64,000 bases of DNA from the IMG/VR virus record IMGVR_UViG_3300031248_000002. One strand, given 5' to 3'. The translations under genes were made by a program, and so were the position numbers. A model generated the notes under the pieces. The model was not told where the DNA came from, made no database searches, and saw only the letters and a list, made by a program, of their open reading frames with translations. Each line of letters begins with the position of its first letter. Within the stretch, counting starts at the first letter, position 1. The DNA is from a virus. Below are positions 52,068 to 61,605 of this stretch, in pieces.

Positions 52068-53545
52068 TGGCTGAGAAATGGTCTAATAACGCGCAGACGA
52101 CTTTATCCGCGCCGATATCAAGTGGCATAACAACGCTAGACGTAACATCGGCTGCAAGTTTTCCGGCGTCCGGAAATTTCAGAATCCTCATTGACGACGA
52201 ACTGATACTTGTCGGCGCAGTTGCGGGTGCTACTTTCTCGTCTTTAACACGCGGGATAGAAGGGACTGTCCCGGCGTCGCATATTTCGGGAAGTAAAGTC
52301 TGGGGGATTTTAACCGCCGGGTCTTTAGATACTCTTCTGCAAACCGGAAGCGCCGTTACCGCTGTAACTGGAACCGCGCCTATCGCGTCGTCAGGCGGAA
52401 TAACCCCGGCTATTTCCTTAAACGACACAGCGGTTACACCTGGTAGCTATACGAATACGGCGTTAACTGTGGACTCGAAAGGCCGTTTGACTGCGGCTTC
52501 TTCTGGAACCGCGCCAGTAACTTCTGTTACCGGTACTTCCCCAATCGCGTCATCCGGCGGCGCGACTCCAGCTATTTCTCTTAACGATACAGCAGTAACA
52601 CCCGGTTCGTATACTAATACCAGTCTTACCGTAGACGCAAAAGGAAGGATTACGGCGGCGTCAAGCGGGTCGTCTAGCGTTACTTCGGTCACCGGAACGT
52701 CGCCGATTGCTAGTTCGGGCGGTTCAACGCCCGCTATTTCACTAAATGACACCGCTGTTACGCCGGGATCGTACACTAACACGAATTTGACAGTGGACGC
52801 TAAAGGCCGCATAACGGCAGCGGCGTCGGGAAGCGCTGGAGGTAGCGGGAATATTACATCTACCGGAGCTTTCGGAAGTGAACCTGGGGGTCCAGCCGGT
52901 GGCGATCTGTATTTTCCAAACAATGGATTTCAGTTAGAACGATACTCTGGAAGCCTTTGGGTTCCTTGGGGACCTGTATACCCTATGACACAACCCATAT
53001 CCGGAGATTTTGCATGGGTTAATCAAGGCGGCGCATCGGTAACCACAACTTACGGCGGTATTTTTCTTAATGCGCCTGCTGGAGCCGGTAACAATCTGCG
53101 CATCCGAAAAAAAGCGGCTCCTTCTACTCCGTATGTAATAATAATAGCATTCATACCTTTATTTCCAGAGAAAACCGCGAATTCCGACTGTGGGTTTTGC
53201 TGGCGTCAATCTTCGGACGGCAAACTTATCACGTTAGGTTACACAATCGGGGGTTCCGATACAGTAATAACTTCCGCAGACTGGACAAATCCTACAACTT
53301 ATAACGCTGGAAACTTTGATCGCTTAAGAGGCTACGCGATCCAGGACAGCCTATGGTGGCTCTGGGCGGAAGACAATGGCACTAACCGCATAACCAAATT
53401 CAGTAAAGATGGGCAGAACTGGTATCAAACATCTTCAGAATCTCGCACCACGTTTCTGACCGCTGATGAAGTTGGGTTTTACTGTAACGCTAATAACGCA
53501 ACGTATCCCTCGGGAATGACATTGTTATCTTGGAAAGCGATGTAA
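52067..53545 (+). CDS. tail fibre protein with three tandem 54-aa repeats (492 aa)
   Basis: The N-terminal domain ...FPASGNFRILIDDELILVG...LTRGIEGTVPASH is common to phage fibres. It is followed by 3x VT.VTGT.PIASSGG.TPAISLNDTAVTPGSYTNT.LTVD.KGR.TAA.SG. Confidence 0.7.
   Translation: MAEKWSNNAQTTLSAPISSGITTLDVTSAASFPASGNFRILIDDELILVGAVAGATFSSLTRGIEGTVPASHISGSKVWGILTAGSLDTLLQTGSAVTAVTGTAPIASSGGITPAISLNDTAVTPGSYTNTALTVDSKGRLTAASSGTAPVTSVTGTSPIASSGGATPAISLNDTAVTPGSYTNTSLTVDAKGRITAASSGSSSVTSVTGTSPIASSGGSTPAISLNDTAVTPGSYTNTNLTVDAKGRITAAASGSAGGSGNITSTGAFGSEPGGPAGGDLYFPNNGFQLERYSGSLWVPWGPVYPMTQPISGDFAWVNQGGASVTTTYGGIFLNAPAGAGNNLRIRKKAAPSTPYVIIIAFIPLFPEKTANSDCGFCWRQSSDGKLITLGYTIGGSDTVITSADWTNPTTYNAGNFDRLRGYAIQDSLWWLWAEDNGTNRITKFSKDGQNWYQTSSESRTTFLTADEVGFYCNANNATYPSGMTLLSWKAM
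52355..52840 (+). repeat. 3 x 162-nt tandem repeat inside the tail-fibre CDS
   Basis: The repeat units are aa 97-150, 151-204 and 205-258 of the CDS. They are near-identical at the protein level. Confidence 0.85.
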
Positions 53546-53548
53546 AAG

Positions 53549-53758
53549 ATGTCGGTTCCAAAATCTGCATTATTGGGTTCGTCATCCGCGCTCTTAGGAC
53601 TGTTGCTTCTAGGTTCTTCAAGTTTTAGTGCAGACGAATCCGCTATTTGCGCGCGGTTTGATATTAACGTTTTGGATGCGTCGAGTGCTTTGCGGCACCC
53701 GGACCCGATTTTCCTGATAACCCCGGACGACCCGGACGCCAGTTTGGAGATATGTTAA
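53549..53758 (+). CDS. small secreted protein (69 aa)
   Basis: MSVPKSALLGSSSALLGLLLLGSSSFSA is signal-peptide-like. Confidence 0.45.
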   Translation: MSVPKSALLGSSSALLGLLLLGSSSFSADESAICARFDINVLDASSALRHPDPIFLITPDDPDASLEIC

Positions 53759-53852
53759 GGTTATGTCATGGTCATATGCGGAATTGTTGAAGACGATTAC
53801 GACGCGGACGAAGTCGGCGAGATCGCGTTAACGTTGGAATGTTACCACCGAT

Positions 53853-56447
53853 ATGCCGATATTGACAAAAATCGCGATAGACCGATGGCGGCAGAACCGC
53901 TGGCGCGCGCGGACCGACCTAGTCTGGCTCTGCAACGAAGTTCTTAACTATCCAGACGTCTCCTGGGACGTTCAAGGACCGTTTATTAACCGGTTACAGA
54001 AGTTCCCGGTTCCGGCGAGTTATGACGAAGCGGCGCAGCACGACGCGTTCACCGGTACGGCGTGGACATATCGGCCGATTACACCGATGTATGAGTTACC
54101 CGGTGGACGTCGTGTGTTGATTCTGGACCCGCGTTCGTTCCTCAAGACAACGTCTAATGTTATCGCGCACACGATACAGTGGATTTTGAATTACCCGGAC
54201 GTCAGTATTCTCGTCGTGCAGTCCACGACAAAGAAAGCGTACGATTTTTTGCGCGAAGTCAAGAAGCACTTTCAGATCAATCCGTCGCTCCGCGCGTTGT
54301 TTCCAGAACACTGCCCGACCGAACATGTTTTCGACTGGGGAACGCAGTCTGAATTCACAACAGAAGCCCGTACGCCGGGTTTCATCCGGAAAGAAAGCAC
54401 TGTTATGGCGTCGTCGATAGACGCTGGAACCGCCGGATATCACTTTGACGTAATGAAGTTCTCGGATATCGTTGAGCAGAATAACTCGCTGACCGTGGAC
54501 CAGAACATGACTGTCATCCGGTCGTTTTACATGATGGAAAATTTGTTGGTCCGGCCGGATAGCTGGATGGACGTCGAAGGGACGACATATCATTACTGCC
54601 TGACTGGCGAGAATCGTATTTTGATGTCCGACTGGGCGCATAAACCGATTAAGGATATCGAGGTTGGTGACGAAGTTGTAGGCTGGGAGTTGAAGAAAGG
54701 TAAGCGCAGACGTCTACGGCCAAGCAAAGTACTTGCGTGCGGAAGTCTTATCGCACAAACCAACGCGTACACTACGGCATCGGGTAGAACGATTACTTGT
54801 ACTCCAGAACATAAATGGTGGCGGGGAAAACAGTGGGCGAAAGGACCTTTAAGTCAGGAGTTCGGAACACTAGGAAAAGGCGGTCCGAATAACGTATCTG
54901 GATTACAACGACTTTTAACTCCCGTTGACAAACTTGAATCCGCTGACGCCGGTTGGCTAACCGGAATCTTTGATGGCGAAGGTACGGTTTGGACAAACAA
55001 AGGCTTTCCAAGTGGTGAGATATCTATTTGTCAAACGACACACAATCCCGAAGTCCTTGAGCGGATTCGACAGACATTGACCGCTTTGGGTTTCCGATAT
55101 TCCGAGAACTGGACTAAACCTTCGGAATCTGAGGGCGGTAGTGAGAATTGGTCCGACCGCTGCATTTTTAAAATACAAGGAGGTTGGCGTGAGCGTTACC
55201 GGTTTTTAGCTATGCTGCGTCCTGCGAGGTCACAGAAAATATCTGGTACGTTGTACGGAGCATTAATGACGGATCGAGATGAAATTGTCAAGATCGAAGA
55301 TGCAGGAGTACAAACTGTTTATTGGTTCCAGACGGAGACGGGAAATTATATAGCGGAAGGTTATTGCTCCAAAAACTCAGATTTGTACACTGATCTCATG
55401 GAATCGGAGCAGAAAAAGGCCGCCGGAGACCGAAAATGGGCAATTCACGTCAGAAGTTGCTACAAACGCGTCGATCCGGCGTCCGGAGACGTCCAAAAAG
55501 ACTTCTACCCGGAGACTTTGGACTGGCCGTACCTGTTGGACACGTCAAAACCGGCTCCGAAGAACGAAGAAGACCCGGATTTTCGCCGCCAGTCCTGGTG
55601 GCCGGAGCGATTTCCGACAGACGTGCTGGAACTTCGCCGGTTACACCCAGTTCAATCGTTAACTTTCGCTTCGCAGATGCTTAACAAACCAAAAGAAGCG
55701 GTGCACTCACCTTTCCCGTGGGACCCAGCTAAGAATTATCCGAAAATTCTGCCGCGCGATATTTTTACCCGCAACGTCCGTATCGCGCACTACGATGTAG
55801 CTGTGGACACCGCCGATACCACCAGCGACCGTTCGGATTACACCGCAATGGTAGTCGGCGGCTGGTCCGACAGCGGCGTCCTGTACATTGTTGAGATCAT
55901 CCGAGCGCGTTTGGATCAGGATCAGATGATCGACGAGATTATTCGTTTAAACCGCAAGTACCGGCCGGACAAGATCAAAATCGAGAAGACCGCGTATGTT
56001 CGGGGAATGGAGCCAGCGTTACGTCGGATCATAGACTTGCTTGGCGAATACGTCCCGGTAGACTTGATTCCAATCAGCACGCAGATCTCTAAGGAAGAAC
56101 GGATACTGCGGACTTTGTCACCGTGGTACAAACGAAAAGAAATCGTGTTTGTAGCGGACTGCGGGAACCTAGATGAAGTCGAGGACGAGATGACGAAGTT
56201 TCCGAATTCGCGGTTCGACGACGTCCTGGACGCTATGTCCGATCTGTTTCAGGGAAAAGAGTGGTTTGGCCGCGAAGTTGCCCGGCGCGGCGTTGGCGGA
56301 AAATATCCGGAAGACTGGTTAAAGACCAAATGGGACAAAGCGATAGATGCGGCCACGAAGCGGATGTTAGGTATCGAGGACGACGCGGCGGCTCGGCGCG
56401 GCGTCCCGGACTCGCCGTATTACCGCAACGTGACAGGCTATAATTAA
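53853..56447 (+). CDS. terL: terminase large subunit interrupted by an intein (864 aa precursor, ~604 aa spliced)
   Basis: ATPase region features are ILDPRSFLKTT and DVEGTTYHY|intein|SDLYTDLM. Nuclease region features are HYDVAVDTADTTSDRSDYTAMVVGG and DDVLDAMSD. Confidence 0.9.
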   Translation: MPILTKIAIDRWRQNRWRARTDLVWLCNEVLNYPDVSWDVQGPFINRLQKFPVPASYDEAAQHDAFTGTAWTYRPITPMYELPGGRRVLILDPRSFLKTTSNVIAHTIQWILNYPDVSILVVQSTTKKAYDFLREVKKHFQINPSLRALFPEHCPTEHVFDWGTQSEFTTEARTPGFIRKESTVMASSIDAGTAGYHFDVMKFSDIVEQNNSLTVDQNMTVIRSFYMMENLLVRPDSWMDVEGTTYHYCLTGENRILMSDWAHKPIKDIEVGDEVVGWELKKGKRRRLRPSKVLACGSLIAQTNAYTTASGRTITCTPEHKWWRGKQWAKGPLSQEFGTLGKGGPNNVSGLQRLLTPVDKLESADAGWLTGIFDGEGTVWTNKGFPSGEISICQTTHNPEVLERIRQTLTALGFRYSENWTKPSESEGGSENWSDRCIFKIQGGWRERYRFLAMLRPARSQKISGTLYGALMTDRDEIVKIEDAGVQTVYWFQTETGNYIAEGYCSKNSDLYTDLMESEQKKAAGDRKWAIHVRSCYKRVDPASGDVQKDFYPETLDWPYLLDTSKPAPKNEEDPDFRRQSWWPERFPTDVLELRRLHPVQSLTFASQMLNKPKEAVHSPFPWDPAKNYPKILPRDIFTRNVRIAHYDVAVDTADTTSDRSDYTAMVVGGWSDSGVLYIVEIIRARLDQDQMIDEIIRLNRKYRPDKIKIEKTAYVRGMEPALRRIIDLLGEYVPVDLIPISTQISKEERILRTLSPWYKRKEIVFVADCGNLDEVEDEMTKFPNSRFDDVLDAMSDLFQGKEWFGREVARRGVGGKYPEDWLKTKWDKAIDAATKRMLGIEDDAAARRGVPDSPYYRNVTGYN
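54597..55376 (+). mobile_element. intein (260 aa) with LAGLIDADG-type endonuclease domain
   Basis: It starts CLTGENRILM (Cys1), has block B CTPEH, the LAGLIDADG motif AGWLTGIFDGEGTV and block F VYWFQTETGNYIAEG, and ends YCSKN followed by +1 Ser. Confidence 0.8.
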
Positions 56448-56461
56448 CGTAGGGGAAGACC

Positions 56462-58765
56462 GTGGTCGAACAGACTCCGCCAAATCTGCCAGAAGCGAAT
56501 TTAGAAGCCGACGACATCCGGATGCTTGAGGAAGCAGTAAACAACTCTCAAGCGCTGGCGATGGTCAATCAGTCATTCTATTCGTACGAACAATACCGGT
56601 CCAATAACCACGACCGGCGCTGGACGAACGCGGATGGGCTGTTTACCGCCTGGGTCCCGCCGAAACTCTGGGAAGGGACAAACGTGCCGCGTGCCGCGTT
56701 GCCGGTACCGATGACGTTCTCGCATATCGAGACCGTTCTGCCGAACGTTCTGTCCGCTATCTTCGCGAACGGTAATGACGATTGGTTCCAGACGGAAGCG
56801 CCGGAAGGAGTAGATCCGGCGTCCGCGCGCGCTCAGAAAGGCGTTCTTCGATACGCGGTTGAAGAAGCCAACATTGAATCCGGCCGGTCCGGACAGACCG
56901 AAATCGGATTGGCGGTTCAGAATATCTTGCAGTACGGGAACGGATTTATCCACTTAGAGTACGACGAGTCGTTAGGCGTCCCAACTCCAGCGTGGCTGGA
57001 TATCCGCGACGTGTACGTAGACCCGACGTGTTCGACGCCAAACATCGACAATTGCCGAAGCGTTATCGTCCGGCGGACCGTGCCGATAGAAGACTTGGAT
57101 TCTATGCGCAGCGCAGAGGTGAATATTCCGTCCCGTAGTATCCTGGCGTATTTGTCCCGGAACGCACCGACTACCCTCGGCGACATGACGAAGCAAGTGC
57201 AGGAAGCGGTTCGTGGCGTGCAGTACTCTCCGGCGCAGTACCGGCATTCTCCGGTTCCGTCACAGCGCGAAGTCGAGATTCTGATCTATTACACAAAATC
57301 GCGGATTATCTGGGTGCTTAACCGCGTATGGGTGGCGGTTAACCGAGAAAACCCGTACGGGTTTATCCCGGTGTCATCTGCGCCGTGCTATATTTACCCC
57401 GGCCGGTTTTACGCGTTGGGTATGCCGGATGTCTTGGAAGGATACCAACGGTACACCGAAGACCTGTTGAATAAACGTCTAGACCATCTTAGTCTGACCG
57501 TTAACCCCCCGCGCGCTTTCAAACGCAGCGCGTATCTGACACCGTCGCAACAACGATGGTACCCGTCCGCGACGTATCCGGTCGAGAATCCGGATACCGA
57601 CGTGGCGTTACTGACGCCGCAAGGGTCCACGGACGACGTGTATCGCGATATTCAGTTCATCGAGATTTTATCCGAGAAAACCGATGGACTTAACTCGATG
57701 ACTATGGGCGTTCCGCGCGGCGGTAACGTTAATCGTACCAAAGGCGGCGTGCAAGCACAGCTTGGTTCGTCGTCGGATCGGACGTCGTATATCATCGACA
57801 ACATTGAAAAGTACATGATCGTCCCAATGTTGTACAAGATGCAGAAGATGATTCAGATTCATTCTGCGTCCGAGCGGCAGCTTCCGGCGCGGTCTCCGGA
57901 AGGTCCGATGGCAACTCCGGCGTCGCACTTTCAAGCGCCGGTGCGGTTCCGAATGCTGGCGGCGTCACGCGTCAGGTCTCGACAGGAGATCGGCGCGATG
58001 TTTCCGTTTATCGCGCAATACTTACTCTCCGGGCCGTTTGTTTCCGATCTTAACCGGACCGGACAAACCATTGATTTCGGCGAACTGATTCAGATGATGC
58101 AGGACGCGACTGGTCTGGGCCGGATGTATCGCCTTATACGGCCGCTTAGCGATCAAGAGAAACAAGCGTTGAATCAACCGCCGCCGGAAGTGCAAGCGAC
58201 CCAGATAAAAGCGCAGCAGGAAGCGCAAGTCCGGATTCAAATGGGCCAGATGAAAGCGCAGACGGAATCCGAAAAAGTTCGCGGCGATATTCAGCGCGAG
58301 TTGATTAAGAAGTCTCCGGACCCAGCAGAACAGCAAGCGCAACAGATGAAACTGGAAACAGAGGCGCAACTAGCGCAGCTAAAAATGGCGATGGAAGCGC
58401 AAAAGCTGGATATCGCTAAACAGAAAGCGGCATTGGATGCCGAGTCCAGCCGGACTAAGCTGCAACATGAGCAGATCCTAGCACAGATGAAAATGTTCAA
58501 CACGCAACGTTCTGCGGAGCAAGAGTTTTCTCTGGAAGGGCTTCGTGGACAGATGGAAGCGCAGCGTAAAGCTGAAGAAGTCCGGACGTCTCAGATCCAA
58601 TCGCAGCACGATCTGGCTGTTAACGCCGTTAAATCGCAGCAGGAGCTTCAGGCTACGCGCGACCGGCATCAAATTGAGAACGAAAACTTACGCGCGGCAG
58701 GCAGGGCAAAAGCGTCTGCTGGAATGAATAAAACGCGCGCCGCATCGCGGACCAAGAAGGATTAA
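56462..58765 (+). CDS. portal protein with long C-terminal coiled-coil (767 aa, GTG start)
   Basis: It lies immediately downstream of terL and is large. The Q/E/K/A-rich heptad-like C-terminal ~200 aa are reminiscent of a P22-type portal barrel. The call is positional and compositional. Confidence 0.7.
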   Translation: MVEQTPPNLPEANLEADDIRMLEEAVNNSQALAMVNQSFYSYEQYRSNNHDRRWTNADGLFTAWVPPKLWEGTNVPRAALPVPMTFSHIETVLPNVLSAIFANGNDDWFQTEAPEGVDPASARAQKGVLRYAVEEANIESGRSGQTEIGLAVQNILQYGNGFIHLEYDESLGVPTPAWLDIRDVYVDPTCSTPNIDNCRSVIVRRTVPIEDLDSMRSAEVNIPSRSILAYLSRNAPTTLGDMTKQVQEAVRGVQYSPAQYRHSPVPSQREVEILIYYTKSRIIWVLNRVWVAVNRENPYGFIPVSSAPCYIYPGRFYALGMPDVLEGYQRYTEDLLNKRLDHLSLTVNPPRAFKRSAYLTPSQQRWYPSATYPVENPDTDVALLTPQGSTDDVYRDIQFIEILSEKTDGLNSMTMGVPRGGNVNRTKGGVQAQLGSSSDRTSYIIDNIEKYMIVPMLYKMQKMIQIHSASERQLPARSPEGPMATPASHFQAPVRFRMLAASRVRSRQEIGAMFPFIAQYLLSGPFVSDLNRTGQTIDFGELIQMMQDATGLGRMYRLIRPLSDQEKQALNQPPPEVQATQIKAQQEAQVRIQMGQMKAQTESEKVRGDIQRELIKKSPDPAEQQAQQMKLETEAQLAQLKMAMEAQKLDIAKQKAALDAESSRTKLQHEQILAQMKMFNTQRSAEQEFSLEGLRGQMEAQRKAEEVRTSQIQSQHDLAVNAVKSQQELQATRDRHQIENENLRAAGRAKASAGMNKTRAASRTKKD

Positions 58766-58774
58766 CGAGGGGTT

Positions 58775-59104
58775 ATGTTACCGGACGTATCGAAAGAAGA
58801 TCTGCAACGGATTGGCGGTTTAACTGGAGATCGCGGATACACGTTACTAATGGATTATATCCAAGCGGTTTTGGACGGGTATTTAACCCGGTTGTCGGAA
58901 CCGACGCTGCCAGATGCGGAATCTCTAAAACTTCTGCAACACTGGCGCGGGTTACGCGAGATACACGCGGTTTTGATGACTACGCCACAGTTTTATGCGC
59001 AGCAAGCGTCGGTGACCCCAGACTCGCCAGACGAAACCGCTGTGCCTCCAACGTTCCCTAAGCATTTTGACGGTACTGGCCCGGAGTACAAAGTCCGCTG
59101 GTAA
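58775..59104 (+). CDS. hypothetical protein (109 aa)
   Basis: ORF between the portal and the scaffold candidate. Confidence 0.5.
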   Translation: MLPDVSKEDLQRIGGLTGDRGYTLLMDYIQAVLDGYLTRLSEPTLPDAESLKLLQHWRGLREIHAVLMTTPQFYAQQASVTPDSPDETAVPPTFPKHFDGTGPEYKVRW

Positions 59105-59130
59105 CATGTATACTGTAATTAGGAGATTAT

Positions 59131-59943
59131 ATGAGCACAACGCCGAATCCATTGAACGGTAATGGAGGGGTAACAGAAGACGAGTTTTACACGTATCTGC
59201 GAGAGCAAGCCGCTAAAGCTCTGGCCGAGGAAGCGCGCGTTAAGGCTGCGGCGGACGCCGCGCGGACCGGAGCGCCTCCAATAATCGATGAACCCGCCGA
59301 ACCGCTGAAGCTAAAGATTTTCGGGCAGGAACGCGAGTTCAAAGACGCGAATGAAATTTCTTCAGCGGTAGAACGTTTAGTCAACGAGTACCAGACGAAT
59401 CTTGCCGCTGCGCAGCAAGCGCTTGCAGCGAAGCAAGGTACCGAAAAAACGGTTGTCGAAGAACCGAAAGTAGATCTGGACGAATTCGTCAACCGTATTC
59501 AAAAAGATCCGACGGACGCTATTGATTACGCGTTCAAGCAAAAGTACGGTGTCGGTATGGATTACTTATTGAACCAAGCGCGCCGGACCGAAGAAATCGA
59601 AGGCGCGTTGGTCGCGATTCAATTCAAGGAAATGAACGAAGACTTCGTGCCGAATCAGAACAACACGAATATGCTGAACGGTATTCGCGCTAACCTTGGT
59701 TTGCCGTTTAACGTACAAGGGCTGAACGCGGCGTACGCGGTAGGTAAGCAGTACGGGGTGTTTGCTAATACTGCCGCCGCACAGCCGCAACAGCAATCCG
59801 TTGACAACCGGGTGACGCCGCCGCCAAGTATCAACATGCGCAACGCGTCGATTCCGTCTCAGTCTGAAGACCTAATCGAGATGGTAGAACGGATGTCACC
59901 TGACAAAGCCGCCGAGTTCGTCCAGCGAATGTCCGGAAGGTAA
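59131..59943 (+). CDS. scaffolding protein candidate (270 aa)
   Basis: Its composition is Ala/Glu/Gln-rich and helical, and it sits between the portal and the capsid gene. Confidence 0.5.
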   Translation: MSTTPNPLNGNGGVTEDEFYTYLREQAAKALAEEARVKAAADAARTGAPPIIDEPAEPLKLKIFGQEREFKDANEISSAVERLVNEYQTNLAAAQQALAAKQGTEKTVVEEPKVDLDEFVNRIQKDPTDAIDYAFKQKYGVGMDYLLNQARRTEEIEGALVAIQFKEMNEDFVPNQNNTNMLNGIRANLGLPFNVQGLNAAYAVGKQYGVFANTAAAQPQQQSVDNRVTPPPSINMRNASIPSQSEDLIEMVERMSPDKAAEFVQRMSGR

Positions 59944-60106
59944 GCACTTTGCACAGTAACCTCCAGTTACGACCCGCCGCAGCTAACGAGCCTGTGGTTC
60001 ACCGAGTACTACCCCTCCTCGGGAAAGGCGTTAATCTCTGACTTATGAGCCCCAGACTTAACGCCTTGGCGTCGTCGTATGTTAATATTCAGGTAGGGAA
60101 ATAAGT

Positions 60107-60586
60107 ATGGTAACGGACTTTGAACTCGGCTGGCTAGCGGGGATCTTCGAGGGCGAAGGTTCGGCGCGAATCTATAAACGAAACACTCGTAGTGTTGGTT
60201 ATTGGGTCCAGATACAGGCAGCCACCAGTACGGATTTCACAATTATAGAGCGTGCATGTAGCATACTCACTAGACTTGGAATTACCTTTTCCCTACGAAA
60301 GAGCAACGGAAACTCTAAGCGTAAGACTCATTGGGCACCTTGCGCTGATATTCGGATTCTTCGTGTTGAGGACTGCCGGAAATTCTTGGAAGTTTTGCTG
60401 CCCATGCTGGGTGGATTCAAGAAGCAACAGGCGGACCTAATTTTGTCGTTCTTTGCTTTGGATAATCGAACGCGTAGAAAAGGGCGAGGTCACAAGACGC
60501 CCAAAGAATTTTTGGATGTAGAAGCTGCATTGTATGCCGGACAGAACTTTAGACCTAAAGCTGTTGTGGCGACCGCAGTTAACTAA
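60107..60586 (+). CDS. free-standing single-motif LAGLIDADG homing endonuclease (159 aa)
   Basis: It has LGWLAGIFEGEGS near the N-terminus, with an I-CreI-like size. By eye it aligns with the endonuclease part of the terL intein. Confidence 0.8.
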   Translation: MVTDFELGWLAGIFEGEGSARIYKRNTRSVGYWVQIQAATSTDFTIIERACSILTRLGITFSLRKSNGNSKRKTHWAPCADIRILRVEDCRKFLEVLLPMLGGFKKQQADLILSFFALDNRTRRKGRGHKTPKEFLDVEAALYAGQNFRPKAVVATAVN

Positions 60587-60597
60587 GGAGACTTACA

Positions 60598-61599
60598 ATG
60601 AGTTATTCCCCCGCAGCAAATTTGACCACTTCGGCGACACTTCCGCATCTTCAGGCGATTGTGTATCGCAAGAAAGGTCTTGACCGCCTTCAGAAAAAGT
60701 TTCTGTTCGACATGTTCTGCATGAAGGATATTCTGGAGCGGCAGAGTGGACTCACTGTTCAGTGGTTCCGGTACTCGAACCTGACGACTATTCAATCGCC
60801 GACTACGGAAGGGACCGTTGGGACTTCTCTCTCGCCGTCTTCGCGTATCGTGCAGGCGACAATGTCGCAGTTTTCTAACTATATCAACTTCTCCGATTTG
60901 CTTTCTGATACCGGTATCGACCCGGTCGCGCAATCGTACTCGGAGTTGCTTGGATACCAAGGCGGGTTGCTGGTGGACACGGTGACGCGGAACGTGCTGG
61001 ACGCCGAGGTCGCTTCGGTAACGCAGGCGTTGCTGTCCGGTACCACGATCAAAGGCGCGGACGTTAAAGCGTCGCGTCACGTTCTTCAGTCTAACGACGT
61101 GAAGCCTATGGACGACGGGTATTTCTGGATGGTTATGCACCCGTTTGTGTCCTTCGACTTCCTGAACGACCCGACGGCAGTCGGTGTTGCCGATGTTTAC
61201 AAATACAACACAAACGTTTTGAACTCGCCGTTCGTGAAGTTGGAAGATCGCGGCGAGGTTATCAATTACGGCGGCGTCAAGATCTTTGAGAGCACTAACG
61301 TCAAAACTACTTCTGGTCCGAACGTGTACTACACGTACGTCGCTGGAAAGAACGGTATCGGCAGCGTGGATCTGGAAGGACGCGGCCCGACTCGCGTTAA
61401 GGACCCAACGAAGCAGCGGTTTAACATCCGCGTGGTTCCGGGCGGACAGGACGCGTTGACTATCGCAGATCCGGAAGGCGTGATCGGTGGGGCGGTTAGC
61501 TACAACGTTAAGTTCGCCGTGGTGATTCTGGAAGGCCCGGCGGGTATCGGCGGGTCGTATCGCTTCAGAATTCTTTTACCTCAGAGCACGCTTGGGTAA
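60598..61599 (+). CDS. major capsid protein, HK97 fold (N4-gp56-like family) (333 aa)
   Basis: AAGGAG SD. The pattern G.TV.W.RYS.L.....TEGT.G.......V.AT..Q...YI.FSDL and the overall length match this capsid family as I recall it. Confidence 0.8.
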   Translation: MSYSPAANLTTSATLPHLQAIVYRKKGLDRLQKKFLFDMFCMKDILERQSGLTVQWFRYSNLTTIQSPTTEGTVGTSLSPSSRIVQATMSQFSNYINFSDLLSDTGIDPVAQSYSELLGYQGGLLVDTVTRNVLDAEVASVTQALLSGTTIKGADVKASRHVLQSNDVKPMDDGYFWMVMHPFVSFDFLNDPTAVGVADVYKYNTNVLNSPFVKLEDRGEVINYGGVKIFESTNVKTTSGPNVYYTYVAGKNGIGSVDLEGRGPTRVKDPTKQRFNIRVVPGGQDALTIADPEGVIGGAVSYNVKFAVVILEGPAGIGGSYRFRILLPQSTLG

Positions 61600-61605
61600 G
61601 ATTAT

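Noticed and set aside
52355-52840. Diversity-generating retroelement targeting the tail-fibre repeats
   Set aside because: There is no reverse transcriptase gene. There is also no separate template repeat with adenine-specific mismatches, and the three copies are in-frame structural repeats.
59944-60650. Group I intron carrying the LAGLIDADG ORF
   Set aside because: The upstream gene ends in a stop codon, and the capsid gene has its own SD and ATG. No split exon is evident, and I could not identify P7/P3-type pairings by eye. This still needs an Infernal check.
60583-61140. 185-aa - strand ORF inside the capsid gene (and 62151-62783 - inside the 62100-62955 genes)
   Set aside because: It is antisense to confidently called + strand genes and is Arg-rich. 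I treat it as a shadow ORF.
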